Assembly: GCA_964636085.1 (NCBI GenBank)
Contig: CAZWPQ010000003.1
Location: forward strand, 3,015-67,014
Reading direction: 5' to 3'
Length of the DNA: 64,000 bases
Origin: an uncultured Nitrososphaerota archaeon
Lineage (GTDB): Archaea; Asgardarchaeota; Njordarchaeia; Njordarchaeales; Panguiarchaeaceae
Shown: positions 19,534 to 28,755 of the stretch, piece after piece
How positions within the stretch are numbered: position 1 is the stretch's first letter
Layout of the letters: each line of letters begins with the position of its first letter
Made by a program: the position numbers and the translations under genes
Notes under the pieces: model-generated
What the model saw: the letters and a program-made list of their open reading frames with translations, nothing else
Databases searched by the model: none
Told to the model about the DNA's origin: nothing

Positions 19534-20445
19534 TTGGCAGAAAGGCGTGTATCATTAGAAGCTAAAAAATTGCAACAAAGGTTTCATCAAGTATATGCAT
19601 TATCGCCATGGGTTAAAAAGGAAGAATTCATTAATAAGCTTCCTAGATACACTAAGAGGATCAAACTCCCGCCAGAGCAGATTCTAGAATTTCTTGGTAA
19701 AGAAAGTGTAGAGGAGGTGGCGAAGAAGCTTAGAACCAGAAATATCCCAATAACGGTGATGGATTTATACAATATACTTGAAAAACTTAGGGATGCTGGA
19801 TACGTTAGAGTAATAACCACAAAAGCTCCAGCAGCTATAGTTGAGGTTAAAGCTGAGGTAATGCCAAAGATAATAGCGCCTCCTGAAGTAATACCTAAAC
19901 CTGAAGAACTGGAAGGTGTCCCACCAGTAGAATTGCCCGTTCCAGAGGCTCCAGCCCCTGAAATCCCTGAGAGGGGTGTTGTTGAAACATTTGAACCCGA
20001 GATAGTAGGTGTTCCGATCGTACCAGAAGCTCAAACACTCGCTCCGGTTGAAATAGTGCAGAAGGTAGAAGAGATCAAAGCCGCTGGTATAGTTGAGAGA
20101 TATTTTGATCTTAACGAGCACCTACAAGCTGTGGTGCTTCTTCCTAGAGAAGGTAATGTTGTGCTTCTATCTATGTATAAAAACGTCAGTTTGGCGGACG
20201 CGGCTGTAGCTGTGGCCTCAACAACAATAGTGTCTCACGCGTGGAATGCATCAGAGACTATAAGGCTTGGCGAATTAAAAGAGTTGATTGTAGAATCGGA
20301 TGCAGGTTTCTTGGTTATGTCTCGTCTCCCTAGGGAGCTTGTACTTGTTGCTTTATTCAGTAAGGGTGTTCCAATAGGTTTGATGATAAGGGACTTTATG
20401 GGTCTGAGGAAGGAGGTAGTAGAAGTTCTAGCAACACTTGAGTAG
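19534..20445 (+). CDS. three-part protein: N-terminal wHTH-like region, Pro/Glu/Val-rich linker, C-terminal Roadblock/LC7 (MglB-like) domain
   Basis: C-terminus LQAVVLLPREGNVVLLSMYKN...AAVAVASTTIVSHAWNASETIRLGELKELIVESDAGFLVMSRLPRELVLVALFS fits the Roadblock pattern. Middle is APPEVIPKPEELEGVPPVELPVPEAPAPEIPE... N-terminus ITVMDLYNILEKLRDAGYVRVI is wHTH-like. TTG start. Confidence 0.65.
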   Translation: MAERRVSLEAKKLQQRFHQVYALSPWVKKEEFINKLPRYTKRIKLPPEQILEFLGKESVEEVAKKLRTRNIPITVMDLYNILEKLRDAGYVRVITTKAPAAIVEVKAEVMPKIIAPPEVIPKPEELEGVPPVELPVPEAPAPEIPERGVVETFEPEIVGVPIVPEAQTLAPVEIVQKVEEIKAAGIVERYFDLNEHLQAVVLLPREGNVVLLSMYKNVSLADAAVAVASTTIVSHAWNASETIRLGELKELIVESDAGFLVMSRLPRELVLVALFSKGVPIGLMIRDFMGLRKEVVEVLATLE

Positions 20446-20455
20446 GTGATTTTGT

Positions 20456-21076
20456 GTGTCGTTTTTCAAAGTAATCTCAGATCTTCAACCGCGGGGCATA
20501 GGATACGCTATTTTGTCCTTAATAATTGAGGATACGGACGAAGTATACATCATAGTTAAGGACGAAGAACAGAAGGAGGTTCTTCGAGATATTTTGATGG
20601 AACTTAAGGATCAATTTGAATCGAGGAGAAGTGAGACCTCCCAATTGAGGCTGAGGAATTTTCAAATACTTACTGAGGAGGAGTACTATTCAAAGTGGGA
20701 GGAGTATGTGGATAAAAGATTGATCTTTGTTGAGAGGGATAGAAACTTGATATCTACCTCGCTGGACAAGATGGGCCTATTTATAGAGTCTATGTGGAGA
20801 GTAAGGGCTAGGGATCCTATTAGAAGGATAGCGCTACATATGGCAGACATACTTGTGGCATTGGATGTAGCTAAGGAGCATTATGCAAAACTCAAGGAAT
20901 TAATTGACAAAGAAATGAATGAGCAGGATCCAAAGGCCAAGAAAAAACTACTGAAAGAAATTGACAAAAAGAAGAGGGAATTGATATCCATGTTCGAAAA
21001 GCGCTTCACGAGGAAAGAGGATATTGACCTAGCATTCGACCTAATTTCCTTTCTTGTTGACCGTGGATATTTATAA
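20456..21076 (+). CDS. hypothetical protein (probably co-transcribed with the Roadblock gene)
   Basis: 206-aa ORF starting 10 nt after the upstream stop. K/E-rich coiled-coil segment plus a C-terminal DLISFLVDRGYL tail. No family recognised. Confidence 0.55.
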   Translation: MSFFKVISDLQPRGIGYAILSLIIEDTDEVYIIVKDEEQKEVLRDILMELKDQFESRRSETSQLRLRNFQILTEEEYYSKWEEYVDKRLIFVERDRNLISTSLDKMGLFIESMWRVRARDPIRRIALHMADILVALDVAKEHYAKLKELIDKEMNEQDPKAKKKLLKEIDKKKRELISMFEKRFTRKEDIDLAFDLISFLVDRGYL

Positions 21077-21086
21077 TTCCATCTCT

Positions 21087-21554
21087 CTAGTCGAATTCTG
21101 CGGCTAGGACCAAAACGCACCCAGTCTTTTTAACTACATGCGTAGTGGATTTTACTAGAGTCCTTTGGATGGGTACCCCCCTTATATTGGCCATCTCTCT
21201 TACCATCTCCATCACTTTCTGCTCGGCAGTTTCCTTGGAGATATTGACATCAGTATATTCTACTACGAGAGTATATCTACTAGTAAAGCCCAAGACTATC
21301 GCACCTGAGATTCTTTGCCCTGTGATGCTAGATACAGTATATGAGTATATTGAAGGCACATTACTCCCTGGAGGAAATTCAGGCGGTTTTTCAACAACAA
21401 CTACATCTGGCGGCAATATTGAGGTTACTTTAATGAGGCTTATCTGGGGCAACCCCGCTTTTACCAAACATGAATCAAATGCGTTTAGAGGAGTAGTCCC
21501 CTCCGATGCTACAGCTGTCACATATACTCTACGTGGAGTAGTCACAACCCCCAT
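21087..21554 (-). CDS. pdaD: pyruvoyl-dependent arginine decarboxylase
   Basis: SEGTTPLNAFDSCLVKAGL and the self-cleavage region LIKVTSILPP (Thr-Ser at the serinolysis site). Size of 155 aa is typical for PdaD. Confidence 0.85.
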   Translation of the reverse strand: MGVVTTPRRVYVTAVASEGTTPLNAFDSCLVKAGLPQISLIKVTSILPPDVVVVEKPPEFPPGSNVPSIYSYTVSSITGQRISGAIVLGFTSRYTLVVEYTDVNISKETAEQKVMEMVREMANIRGVPIQRTLVKSTTHVVKKTGCVLVLAAEFD

Positions 21555-21637
21555 GCTATATCACAGTTTGGTATAGATAATTTTCTTATTAATTCATTGC
21601 GTAAATGTCCAAGGGGGACTTAGGAGGGAAGTACGTT

Positions 21638-22411
21638 ATGACTAGGACTAATATCCTTTATGTAATGGGTTTTGCTGGTTCTGGAAAAACAACGCTTGTG
21701 ACAAATTTTTCTAGGTATCTCTCAAGACAGGGTTATAACACTGCTGTAATTAACTTGGATCCGGGGGTCGAATTATTGCCGTATACTCCGGAGTTTGATG
21801 TAAGGGAAATAGTAAGTCTGAGGGAGGTCATGAGAAAGGAAAATCTGGGACCTAATGGTGGATTGATTAGATCCGTCGAGTATATAGTCAAGAATAAGGA
21901 GAGGGTAATAGAAAAAATAGTATCCATTTCGCAGAATGTGGATTGGTTGTTGGTAGATACTACTGGTCAACTCGAACTATTTGCATTCAGACCATTAGGA
22001 GACATTATTGTAAGAGCATTTATGGATTATCCAAGCGTGGGTCTATTGCTGGTGGATATAACGAATATTCAAAGACCCTCCGATATCGTGATGGCTCAAC
22101 TAATCTGTATGGCTATCCAGCTAAAACTTAGTATCGATACAATCATTGCAATAAACAAGATTGACTTAGCCAACGCTGAAGCCAAAAAGATGATAGAAAT
22201 GTTCTATGTGAATCCTGAAGAATTTAGGAATATAATGATGGAACAACATACTGATACTTTTTCTGGCATGTCTATTGATTTGCTGGATACCATAAGGAAT
22301 TACATGCCACCAGCCCGCATAGTTCTTATTAGTGCAAAAAATGGGGAAGGATTTGATGAACTGTATGATATAATACATGAAGTATTTTGCACGTGTGGGG
22401 ATTTAACGTGA
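21638..22411 (+). CDS. GPN-loop GTPase
   Basis: Walker A GFAGSGKTT, then NLDPG, the GPN loop LGPNGG, and NKxD as AINKIDL. ATG 21638 is preceded by a TAGGAGGGA SD. Confidence 0.85.
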   Translation: MTRTNILYVMGFAGSGKTTLVTNFSRYLSRQGYNTAVINLDPGVELLPYTPEFDVREIVSLREVMRKENLGPNGGLIRSVEYIVKNKERVIEKIVSISQNVDWLLVDTTGQLELFAFRPLGDIIVRAFMDYPSVGLLLVDITNIQRPSDIVMAQLICMAIQLKLSIDTIIAINKIDLANAEAKKMIEMFYVNPEEFRNIMMEQHTDTFSGMSIDLLDTIRNYMPPARIVLISAKNGEGFDELYDIIHEVFCTCGDLT

Positions 22412-22438
22412 CTGGAAGTGATGCGTATTCAAGGATCA

Positions 22439-23548
22439 TTAGAAGTATCTCTTTATTAAATTCTTAAGGTATTTTGCAGCGAGAATAATGTCCTTGATAT
22501 TAATTTTTTCCTGTTCCGAATGTGCATAATAGAGATCGCCAGGCCCAAATATTGCTACAGGGATGTTCATGGATGCAAAATTATTTGCGTCTGTCCAACT
22601 CACCATATGTGTGAATTTTGGTTCTCTGTTAAATGTTGAGATGTATGAAGATCTCAATTTATCCAAGAAAGCGGAGTCTGTTGTTACGAAGGGATTTGAG
22701 TAGTCATTTATGGATATCTCAAAGTCCATTTTTTTGGATAGTTCTAGTAATGTTTTAAGCAGATCTGATGGGTTTTTATCGATGGGTATAGCGATATCAA
22801 AAGCAACTTCGCATGTATCAGGAACAATAAATTGTTCCATGTTGCCAGCGTTGATTGAGTATATGGTCATTTTGGCACCAGATTTGGATATTATTTGTAT
22901 TAAGTCATCAATAATGTGTATAGTCTTGAGAATTGAATGCTCGGATAGATGCTGATGGGATATGGATGGATGAAGTTTTCTTGTTTTGATGGTTATGATT
23001 CCTTCAATAGATCCATAACCACCAACACAGATTTGTAGGTTTGTTGGTTCCATTATTAGAGCGTTTTTTGGCGTGTGTTCCCTTAGGTATGCAATGGAGC
23101 CACTGCCTCCGCATTCCTCATCCGAAAAAAAGGCAATTGATATGGATTTGGGTAGGTTTTTCATATCAATTAGCATCAATAATATAGATACAATGGATCC
23201 CTTAGCATCACAGGCTCCAACCCCACTGATTTCATGGTCGCTAATAATCCTGGGGGAAAAATAAAAGTCTATCGTGTCTACATGGGTAGTAATTAGAATA
23301 TCGGGGCTGGGGACATCGTTGATGATGACATTATAAGATTTTCCAGATACATGCACCATTGATGCATCAATACCTCTATCTACCAATAGATCCATCAAGT
23401 ATTTAACAATTGCCTCTTCTTGGCCAGAAGGAGAATATATGTGGAGCAACTCTAAAAGCAATTCCTCTGCTAATCTATATTGCTCATCCAAAAAGTTCAC
23501 CAGTATGTATCTTAAAAACATAGTTTTATTAGGATTGGTGGTGATCAT
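22439..23548 (-). CDS. M20-family metallopeptidase/deacylase (ArgE/LysK/DapE-like)
   Basis: Metal-binding regions TTHVDT and SDEECGGSGS; C-terminal HS.QE region. Start may instead be the internal MFLRY at 23521. Confidence 0.75.
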   Translation of the reverse strand: MITTNPNKTMFLRYILVNFLDEQYRLAEELLLELLHIYSPSGQEEAIVKYLMDLLVDRGIDASMVHVSGKSYNVIINDVPSPDILITTHVDTIDFYFSPRIISDHEISGVGACDAKGSIVSILLMLIDMKNLPKSISIAFFSDEECGGSGSIAYLREHTPKNALIMEPTNLQICVGGYGSIEGIITIKTRKLHPSISHQHLSEHSILKTIHIIDDLIQIISKSGAKMTIYSINAGNMEQFIVPDTCEVAFDIAIPIDKNPSDLLKTLLELSKKMDFEISINDYSNPFVTTDSAFLDKLRSSYISTFNREPKFTHMVSWTDANNFASMNIPVAIFGPGDLYYAHSEQEKINIKDIILAAKYLKNLIKRYF

Positions 23549-23689
23549 ATGGAGGGAGTAGAGGAGAAACTAGAGGAAATTATGGAGAAACTGGAGGACA
23601 TCACAGATGATATAGATGAGTTAAAAGAAAGAATAGAAATTCTAGAGGAGAGAGTTAGAAAAATAGAAGAAAGCATCGAGAAGGGATGA
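23549..23689 (+). CDS. small coiled-coil protein (46 aa, below the ORF-track cutoff)
   Basis: My translation: MEGVEEKLEEIMEKLEDITDDIDELKERIEILEERVRKIEESIEKG*. Heptad-like E/K/I/L pattern. Fills a gap with no other ORF. Coding status unproven. Confidence 0.4.
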   Translation: MEGVEEKLEEIMEKLEDITDDIDELKERIEILEERVRKIEESIEKG

Positions 23690-23706
23690 TAGTTACAAGC
23701 ATACTA

Positions 23707-24453
23707 CTAAATCTTAATGAAACCTTTAATGAATTCGGACACCCTATCCACCATAGCATTCCAAAGTTTTTCTCCCTTTTCTTTGCTCGCTCTTGTCGGA
23801 TATCCAATACTTCCAGTATCTGTAAACTCTATCGTCCTCCAAGGAGTCACAACCCTGTTTTCTCCCCATATCGCAGTGTAAGGGGCTGGTTCCTTGATTT
23901 TTGGGTCGCGAATTTTTTCTCTTCTTATCAGCTCGGGCATTTCTACAAATGCTAGTGATGTCTCAAACTCGCATGCATGTCCCCAAACATCACTTTCGAT
24001 GGTTTTAGATATGACATCTTTAATAAGTTCCCATGGATTAACCAACGCTACATCGATGCCTATTTCGCTTTTGATTTTTCTAATCGCTATCGATAATGGA
24101 GATATGTTTCCTCCATGTCCATTAATAATTATCATTTTGCCGACACTATGCCTATGAAGACTATTTGCGATATCATAAACTAAAGAAATTAGCGTCTCCG
24201 GGCTCAACGTAATGGTTCCTGGGAAATCCATGTGGTGCTCTGAAACCCCAAAATAGATGGGTGGTAATATAAGGACATGCTCCTCTAACCTTTCTGCGAC
24301 TGCTATTGAAAGTTTAATGGCCCCAAGAGTGTCACAAGCTAATGGTAAATGGGGCCCATGTTGTTCTATGCTACCCACGGGAAGAATTACTGCTTTTATC
24401 TTTTTTAACTTCTCCTTTATCTCAATCCAAGTGTACTTTTCCCATTCAATCAT
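23707..24453 (-). CDS. creatininase-family amidohydrolase
   Basis: LPVGSIEQHGPHLP and INGHGGN motifs; size 248 aa. Confidence 0.85.
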   Translation of the reverse strand: MIEWEKYTWIEIKEKLKKIKAVILPVGSIEQHGPHLPLACDTLGAIKLSIAVAERLEEHVLILPPIYFGVSEHHMDFPGTITLSPETLISLVYDIANSLHRHSVGKMIIINGHGGNISPLSIAIRKIKSEIGIDVALVNPWELIKDVISKTIESDVWGHACEFETSLAFVEMPELIRREKIRDPKIKEPAPYTAIWGENRVVTPWRTIEFTDTGSIGYPTRASKEKGEKLWNAMVDRVSEFIKGFIKI

Positions 24454-24596
24454 ATGGAATCACCTATACTTAATCTTTTAAATTTCATCAATATTATGCA
24501 GTAAATTAAATGTAGGTCTCATTGTTGAAGGTTCGGTATGGCAGAAAACTTGCATTTATATAATCAGATTGCTAATTTTTAGTTGTGTGGTGTTGA

Positions 24597-26678
24597 TTGT
24601 TGAGGAGGCAACGTAAGGAACTAGATCTAATAAAACACTTCAAACGTATTGTCCTTAGAGAAATCAAACCAATAGCGAACCTACTGGCCGAACAGGTAAC
24701 ATATCTAGGTACCTTCTCTCGCGTTATAGCCGACGTTTTGGGTTATAGTGTCGTATCGATAATAAACAAAATAAACCTCTTGAAGAGGCTGGATGATAGT
24801 CGCCGTGTGGATAATGAGATAGTAAATGAGGTTATGGAAACTATAAACGAAATTGAGTATCACATGGCGACATCCAAGGTACCTTTAGGCCTTAAGGCAT
24901 ATGGCCTATCTACTGTTGCTGTATCTAGAATACTCCTAGGGCAGTACGATAAGGGTATTGAATTGTTTGATGATGTGGTTGGTTATGTCAATGGGATAGA
25001 GAGCGTATTAATTAGAAGTAACGTATTATCTGATGTTCTTTTTAATCTAGGTATGATTAGAAGATTTACCAGAAGGGGGACACAAGAGATTCCAGAAGAA
25101 GTTATAGATTCATTATCAAGTAAGATATCTGGCCCTGTGCAGAGGCTAATAACAGAGACTAATTTTATCACAGATGCATTTGTTAGAGCTAAAATATTCG
25201 TCAATATAGGATTTGGAACAAGACTCTTTAGTATAGTTTCACGCAACGAAATTATGGCCCAGTGGTATGATGTGAATCAGTCACAGAGTTTAGCTCTTGA
25301 CGCATTGAGTGAAGCTAACAAAATTGGGGATTGGTACAAGCGGGGCATAATCCTATCAAATGCGGCGGCGGTACTCGCGATTTCTGGGGATGATACTGTA
25401 AATATAGCCATGGAAAAATTTGATGAGGCTACAGAACTAGCATTTCGATACCTTAATAAATATCCGTTAAAAGCAGCTAGTCTGCTGGGCAGGATAGCAT
25501 ATGATAAAGCTTTTACAAAATTCTATATGGATAGCGACAAATTTTTCTTTGAGAGCATAATCATTCCTCTCGAAGTTGCGGCCTTAGGGGAAGCCTTGCC
25601 CATCATACTTAAGATACTTAGGTTGGCAAGCAAAGCCCGATATTTTTATGTGATATATGAGGTTGTTAAGGATTGGTTGTTGCCTCTGATAGATAGGGAA
25701 GGGGACATAATATATAAAGCTAAACTACTTGCAATGTGTTCCACGGTGACTATTCCAGTCTCGGTAAATTGGGCAAGAAGTATTGCAAGGGAGGCGCTGT
25801 CGCTTTCTAAAAGTGTAATCGATACAGAGATGTTACCTATCTATTACGATGTTTCATTGATTGATGATCCACTAGCTTATGTGTCTAACATTCTGAATAC
25901 CCTGCTTATAATTTCCAATGCTGCATTTCCTCTACCCAAGGACTCTGTAAGCTTTTCCAGAAGAGTCCTAGCAATGGTGGAGAAACTATTAAATCTTTAT
26001 GTCCGCAGGTTCAAGAAGTCATCAAAGTACAGGATAGTTGATAAGATAATTGATTTCAATAGGAGATTTGGCATTATTATTGCATCCCTACGACGCACAC
26101 CAAGGCTCTACGAGGAGGCGTTGACTTTGGCAGACAAGTTTTTATTCAACATTAAGCAGTTGTTTATAATAACGTATGGTTCGTCTTCTTTGGAGCGTTT
26201 TCTTGCCGATTTGGCGTTTATTCATGGTTTGTCCAGTAGGGGCGTTGTGGATGTGACTAAATATCTAAATTCCGTGATGAATGCATTGTTTAGCTATGAA
26301 AGGAATATGTGGGGATTTAAAAATGAGGAAATTCTAAGGCTTATTAAAAATCGTGACAAATTGAGAATGCTCTCGGACATATTGAGAATAATAGTGGAGG
26401 TCTCCTTCTTAACTGATCAGAAACTCAAAGATACGGTCACTAAAATACTGATAGACTTAAGCGAATCTATGGATCAAAAAACATACACAACAATGTTTAT
26501 GTCGATTATTGAAAAAATAGAGCGTAAGGAAATATCTAGATACTTATTGACGAATGTGTTAAATGTTCTTATCGACGAGGGCAAAATGTCAAAGTCTACG
26601 ATTTCACGTAGATTCTACAAAGTTATCAATAGTATAGACCCATTGCTCGCAAGATTTATATCCGAGGAAATATCATAG
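24597..26678 (+). CDS. large hypothetical alpha-helical-repeat protein
   Basis: 693-aa uninterrupted ORF with a TTG start and helical-repeat-like composition. Shares short motifs with ORF 34061..35032 (PLGLKAYGLSTVA vs PLGFRSLSYITLA; AKIFVNIGF vs AQLFVKIGF). Confidence 0.65.
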   Translation: MLRRQRKELDLIKHFKRIVLREIKPIANLLAEQVTYLGTFSRVIADVLGYSVVSIINKINLLKRLDDSRRVDNEIVNEVMETINEIEYHMATSKVPLGLKAYGLSTVAVSRILLGQYDKGIELFDDVVGYVNGIESVLIRSNVLSDVLFNLGMIRRFTRRGTQEIPEEVIDSLSSKISGPVQRLITETNFITDAFVRAKIFVNIGFGTRLFSIVSRNEIMAQWYDVNQSQSLALDALSEANKIGDWYKRGIILSNAAAVLAISGDDTVNIAMEKFDEATELAFRYLNKYPLKAASLLGRIAYDKAFTKFYMDSDKFFFESIIIPLEVAALGEALPIILKILRLASKARYFYVIYEVVKDWLLPLIDREGDIIYKAKLLAMCSTVTIPVSVNWARSIAREALSLSKSVIDTEMLPIYYDVSLIDDPLAYVSNILNTLLIISNAAFPLPKDSVSFSRRVLAMVEKLLNLYVRRFKKSSKYRIVDKIIDFNRRFGIIIASLRRTPRLYEEALTLADKFLFNIKQLFIITYGSSSLERFLADLAFIHGLSSRGVVDVTKYLNSVMNALFSYERNMWGFKNEEILRLIKNRDKLRMLSDILRIIVEVSFLTDQKLKDTVTKILIDLSESMDQKTYTTMFMSIIEKIERKEISRYLLTNVLNVLIDEGKMSKSTISRRFYKVINSIDPLLARFISEEIS

Positions 26679-27431
26679 CAACCCCAAGCACTCTTTGAGC
26701 ACAGTTAATGCCTTCATTACTTCATGCTTTTCCTTACCCACTGCTATGACCCGAATATTTCTCTGTCCATAACCTATGGGATAAGTCTTTATGCTAATAC
26801 CAGGAAAAATATTTCTAATATTCTCTAGGCACCTAGCTATATGACTTTCATCACAAATATCTATATAATCCTCAACGATTTCCAAACCCCTTACGGTCTT
26901 TACTCTTGGTATTATCTTCTCTAGTAGATACATTGCCTCGGAGGGAACCCCTGGGAGACATATAATTGTGGTACTCCCCACTTTCAGAATTACTCCTGGC
27001 GCGACACCAACATCGTTATATACGACCTCTCCTCCCTCTGGAATATAGGCCATTTTTTTTCGTGAAGGATTTATCTCATCACTGGATACAAGACCAAGTT
27101 CTCGGAGTTCTTCATATCTTTTTTTAATGAACTCAAGGGCTCTCTCATCCAGTTTTAGTTTCCTACCTAATGCATTGGCTATTCCCTCTAACGTTATATC
27201 TCCAGGAGTGGGGCCAAGCCCTCCAGTAGTGATTACATAGTCGACTGAGGCTTCTAGACACTCCTTTATTGTATTTTGAATACTGATTAGGTCATCAGGA
27301 ATACAAACAATTCTTTCAACGAATACTCCAACACTACTTAGTCGTTTGGCTATCCAGTATGCGTTCCAATTGATTACCTTGCCTAGTAGGATTTCGTCGC
27401 CGATAGTTATAATCCAAGCTTTTTTAGTCAC
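26673..27431 (-). CDS. CinA-like MoaB/Mog-domain protein
   Basis: ITIGDEIL, ITTGGLGPTPGDIT and a following KH-like tail. ATGA overlap with the upstream M42 gene. Confidence 0.8.
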   Translation of the reverse strand: MTKKAWIITIGDEILLGKVINWNAYWIAKRLSSVGVFVERIVCIPDDLISIQNTIKECLEASVDYVITTGGLGPTPGDITLEGIANALGRKLKLDERALEFIKKRYEELRELGLVSSDEINPSRKKMAYIPEGGEVVYNDVGVAPGVILKVGSTTIICLPGVPSEAMYLLEKIIPRVKTVRGLEIVEDYIDICDESHIARCLENIRNIFPGISIKTYPIGYGQRNIRVIAVGKEKHEVMKALTVLKECLGLL

Positions 27432-28480
27432 TCTATAGGACCCCCATTTCTAAGGTTTTCTAAGACGGTGGACAATAATTTTGTCGCATTTTTTATATCT
27501 TCTATATCCGCGATGGAGTGAGCCGAATGTATATATCGGCTAGGAACACTGATTGTTATGCTGGGAATGCCGTATCTGACATATTGGTATGCTGCTGCGT
27601 CGGTACCACCAACCATTCTTCCTTTAAATTGGTAAGGAATGTTATGCTCTCGTGCTATTCGTACTACAAAATTAACTAGTTTGGGATGAGAGATCGATGC
27701 CTTATCGGCTATTGTAATAGCTGGCCCGGCTCCGAGTTTGGTGGAATAATCATGCTCAAGAACTCCAGGGGTATCCGCGGCTGCAGTACATTCTAAAGCA
27801 AATGCATAATCTCCATTTAGGGTCATGGAGAGAGCCCTTGCGCCTCTAAGACCCACCTCCTCTTGAATGCTGAAAATACATGTTAGGTTCACGGGGAGAA
27901 AATCAGCTTTCTTGATCATATTCAAAAGGATAAAACAGCCGATTCTATCATCAAATGCTTTGCCAATTATTCTGTTTTTTTGTACAACAAATTTGGAATC
28001 AAATACACCCATGGATCCAATAGTTACTCCCAATTCCTCCACCTCTTCTCTTGATGAGGCCCCTATATCAATGAACAAAGATCTATAGTGAAGAACCTTT
28101 GATTTCTCCTCAGGAGTAAGAAGGTGTGGCGCCTTACTACCGATTACCCCATATATATATCCTTCTTTTGTCCTTATCACAACCCTCTGCGATAGAAGTA
28201 TCCTATCATCAATGCCGCCTAGGATCTCGAATCTAAGGAATCCATTCTTGTCTATATGCGTTATCAAAAAGCCTACTTCATCCATATGGGCGTCAAGTAT
28301 CACCATGGGTAGTTCTTTATCTTTTTTTATCTCAACTATAATGTTGCCTAGTTTATCTACTTTAGCATCCAGCCCCATGCTGGATATTTTTTCGATGATA
28401 AAATTCCTTACTTCATTCTCCATTCCGCTAGGCCCAAAGGCCTCCACGAGTTGTCTGATTGTTTCTAGGTCTATACTCAT
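27428..28480 (-). CDS. M42-family aminopeptidase (TET/FrvX-like)
   Basis: LDAHMDEVGF, DDRIGC and FSIQEEVGLRGA motifs. Likely start is MSIDLETIRQL at 28480. Confidence 0.85.
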   Translation of the reverse strand: MSIDLETIRQLVEAFGPSGMENEVRNFIIEKISSMGLDAKVDKLGNIIVEIKKDKELPMVILDAHMDEVGFLITHIDKNGFLRFEILGGIDDRILLSQRVVIRTKEGYIYGVIGSKAPHLLTPEEKSKVLHYRSLFIDIGASSREEVEELGVTIGSMGVFDSKFVVQKNRIIGKAFDDRIGCFILLNMIKKADFLPVNLTCIFSIQEEVGLRGARALSMTLNGDYAFALECTAAADTPGVLEHDYSTKLGAGPAITIADKASISHPKLVNFVVRIAREHNIPYQFKGRMVGGTDAAAYQYVRYGIPSITISVPSRYIHSAHSIADIEDIKNATKLLSTVLENLRNGGPIE

Positions 28481-28755
28481 TATCAACACCGAACGAAAAT
28501 ATAAAAAAAGTGTTATCATAGAAAGTTAATAAAAACAAAGGATGGTTCAGACATTATTTATCGTCATAAGCTCCGACTATGACTCCCTCATCATTACCTG
28601 ATCCTCATAAAGATATTGAATATACAAAACGTAATAATATTTTTGAGTATTGATTTAAGCAGGTTATTGATTCAAATACTAATCTTATAAATTCGGAATT
28701 CGCTGAAATTTACTAACAAAGCAAAAATCGTGTATGTTGTTTGCTGGTGGAATTA

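Noticed and set aside
22439-23548. Specific LysK ([LysW]-lysine hydrolase) or ArgE assignment for the M20 protein
   Set aside because: Only the generic M20 metal-binding motifs are visible and no lysW/lysX/argB-type neighbours are present. It is kept at family level.
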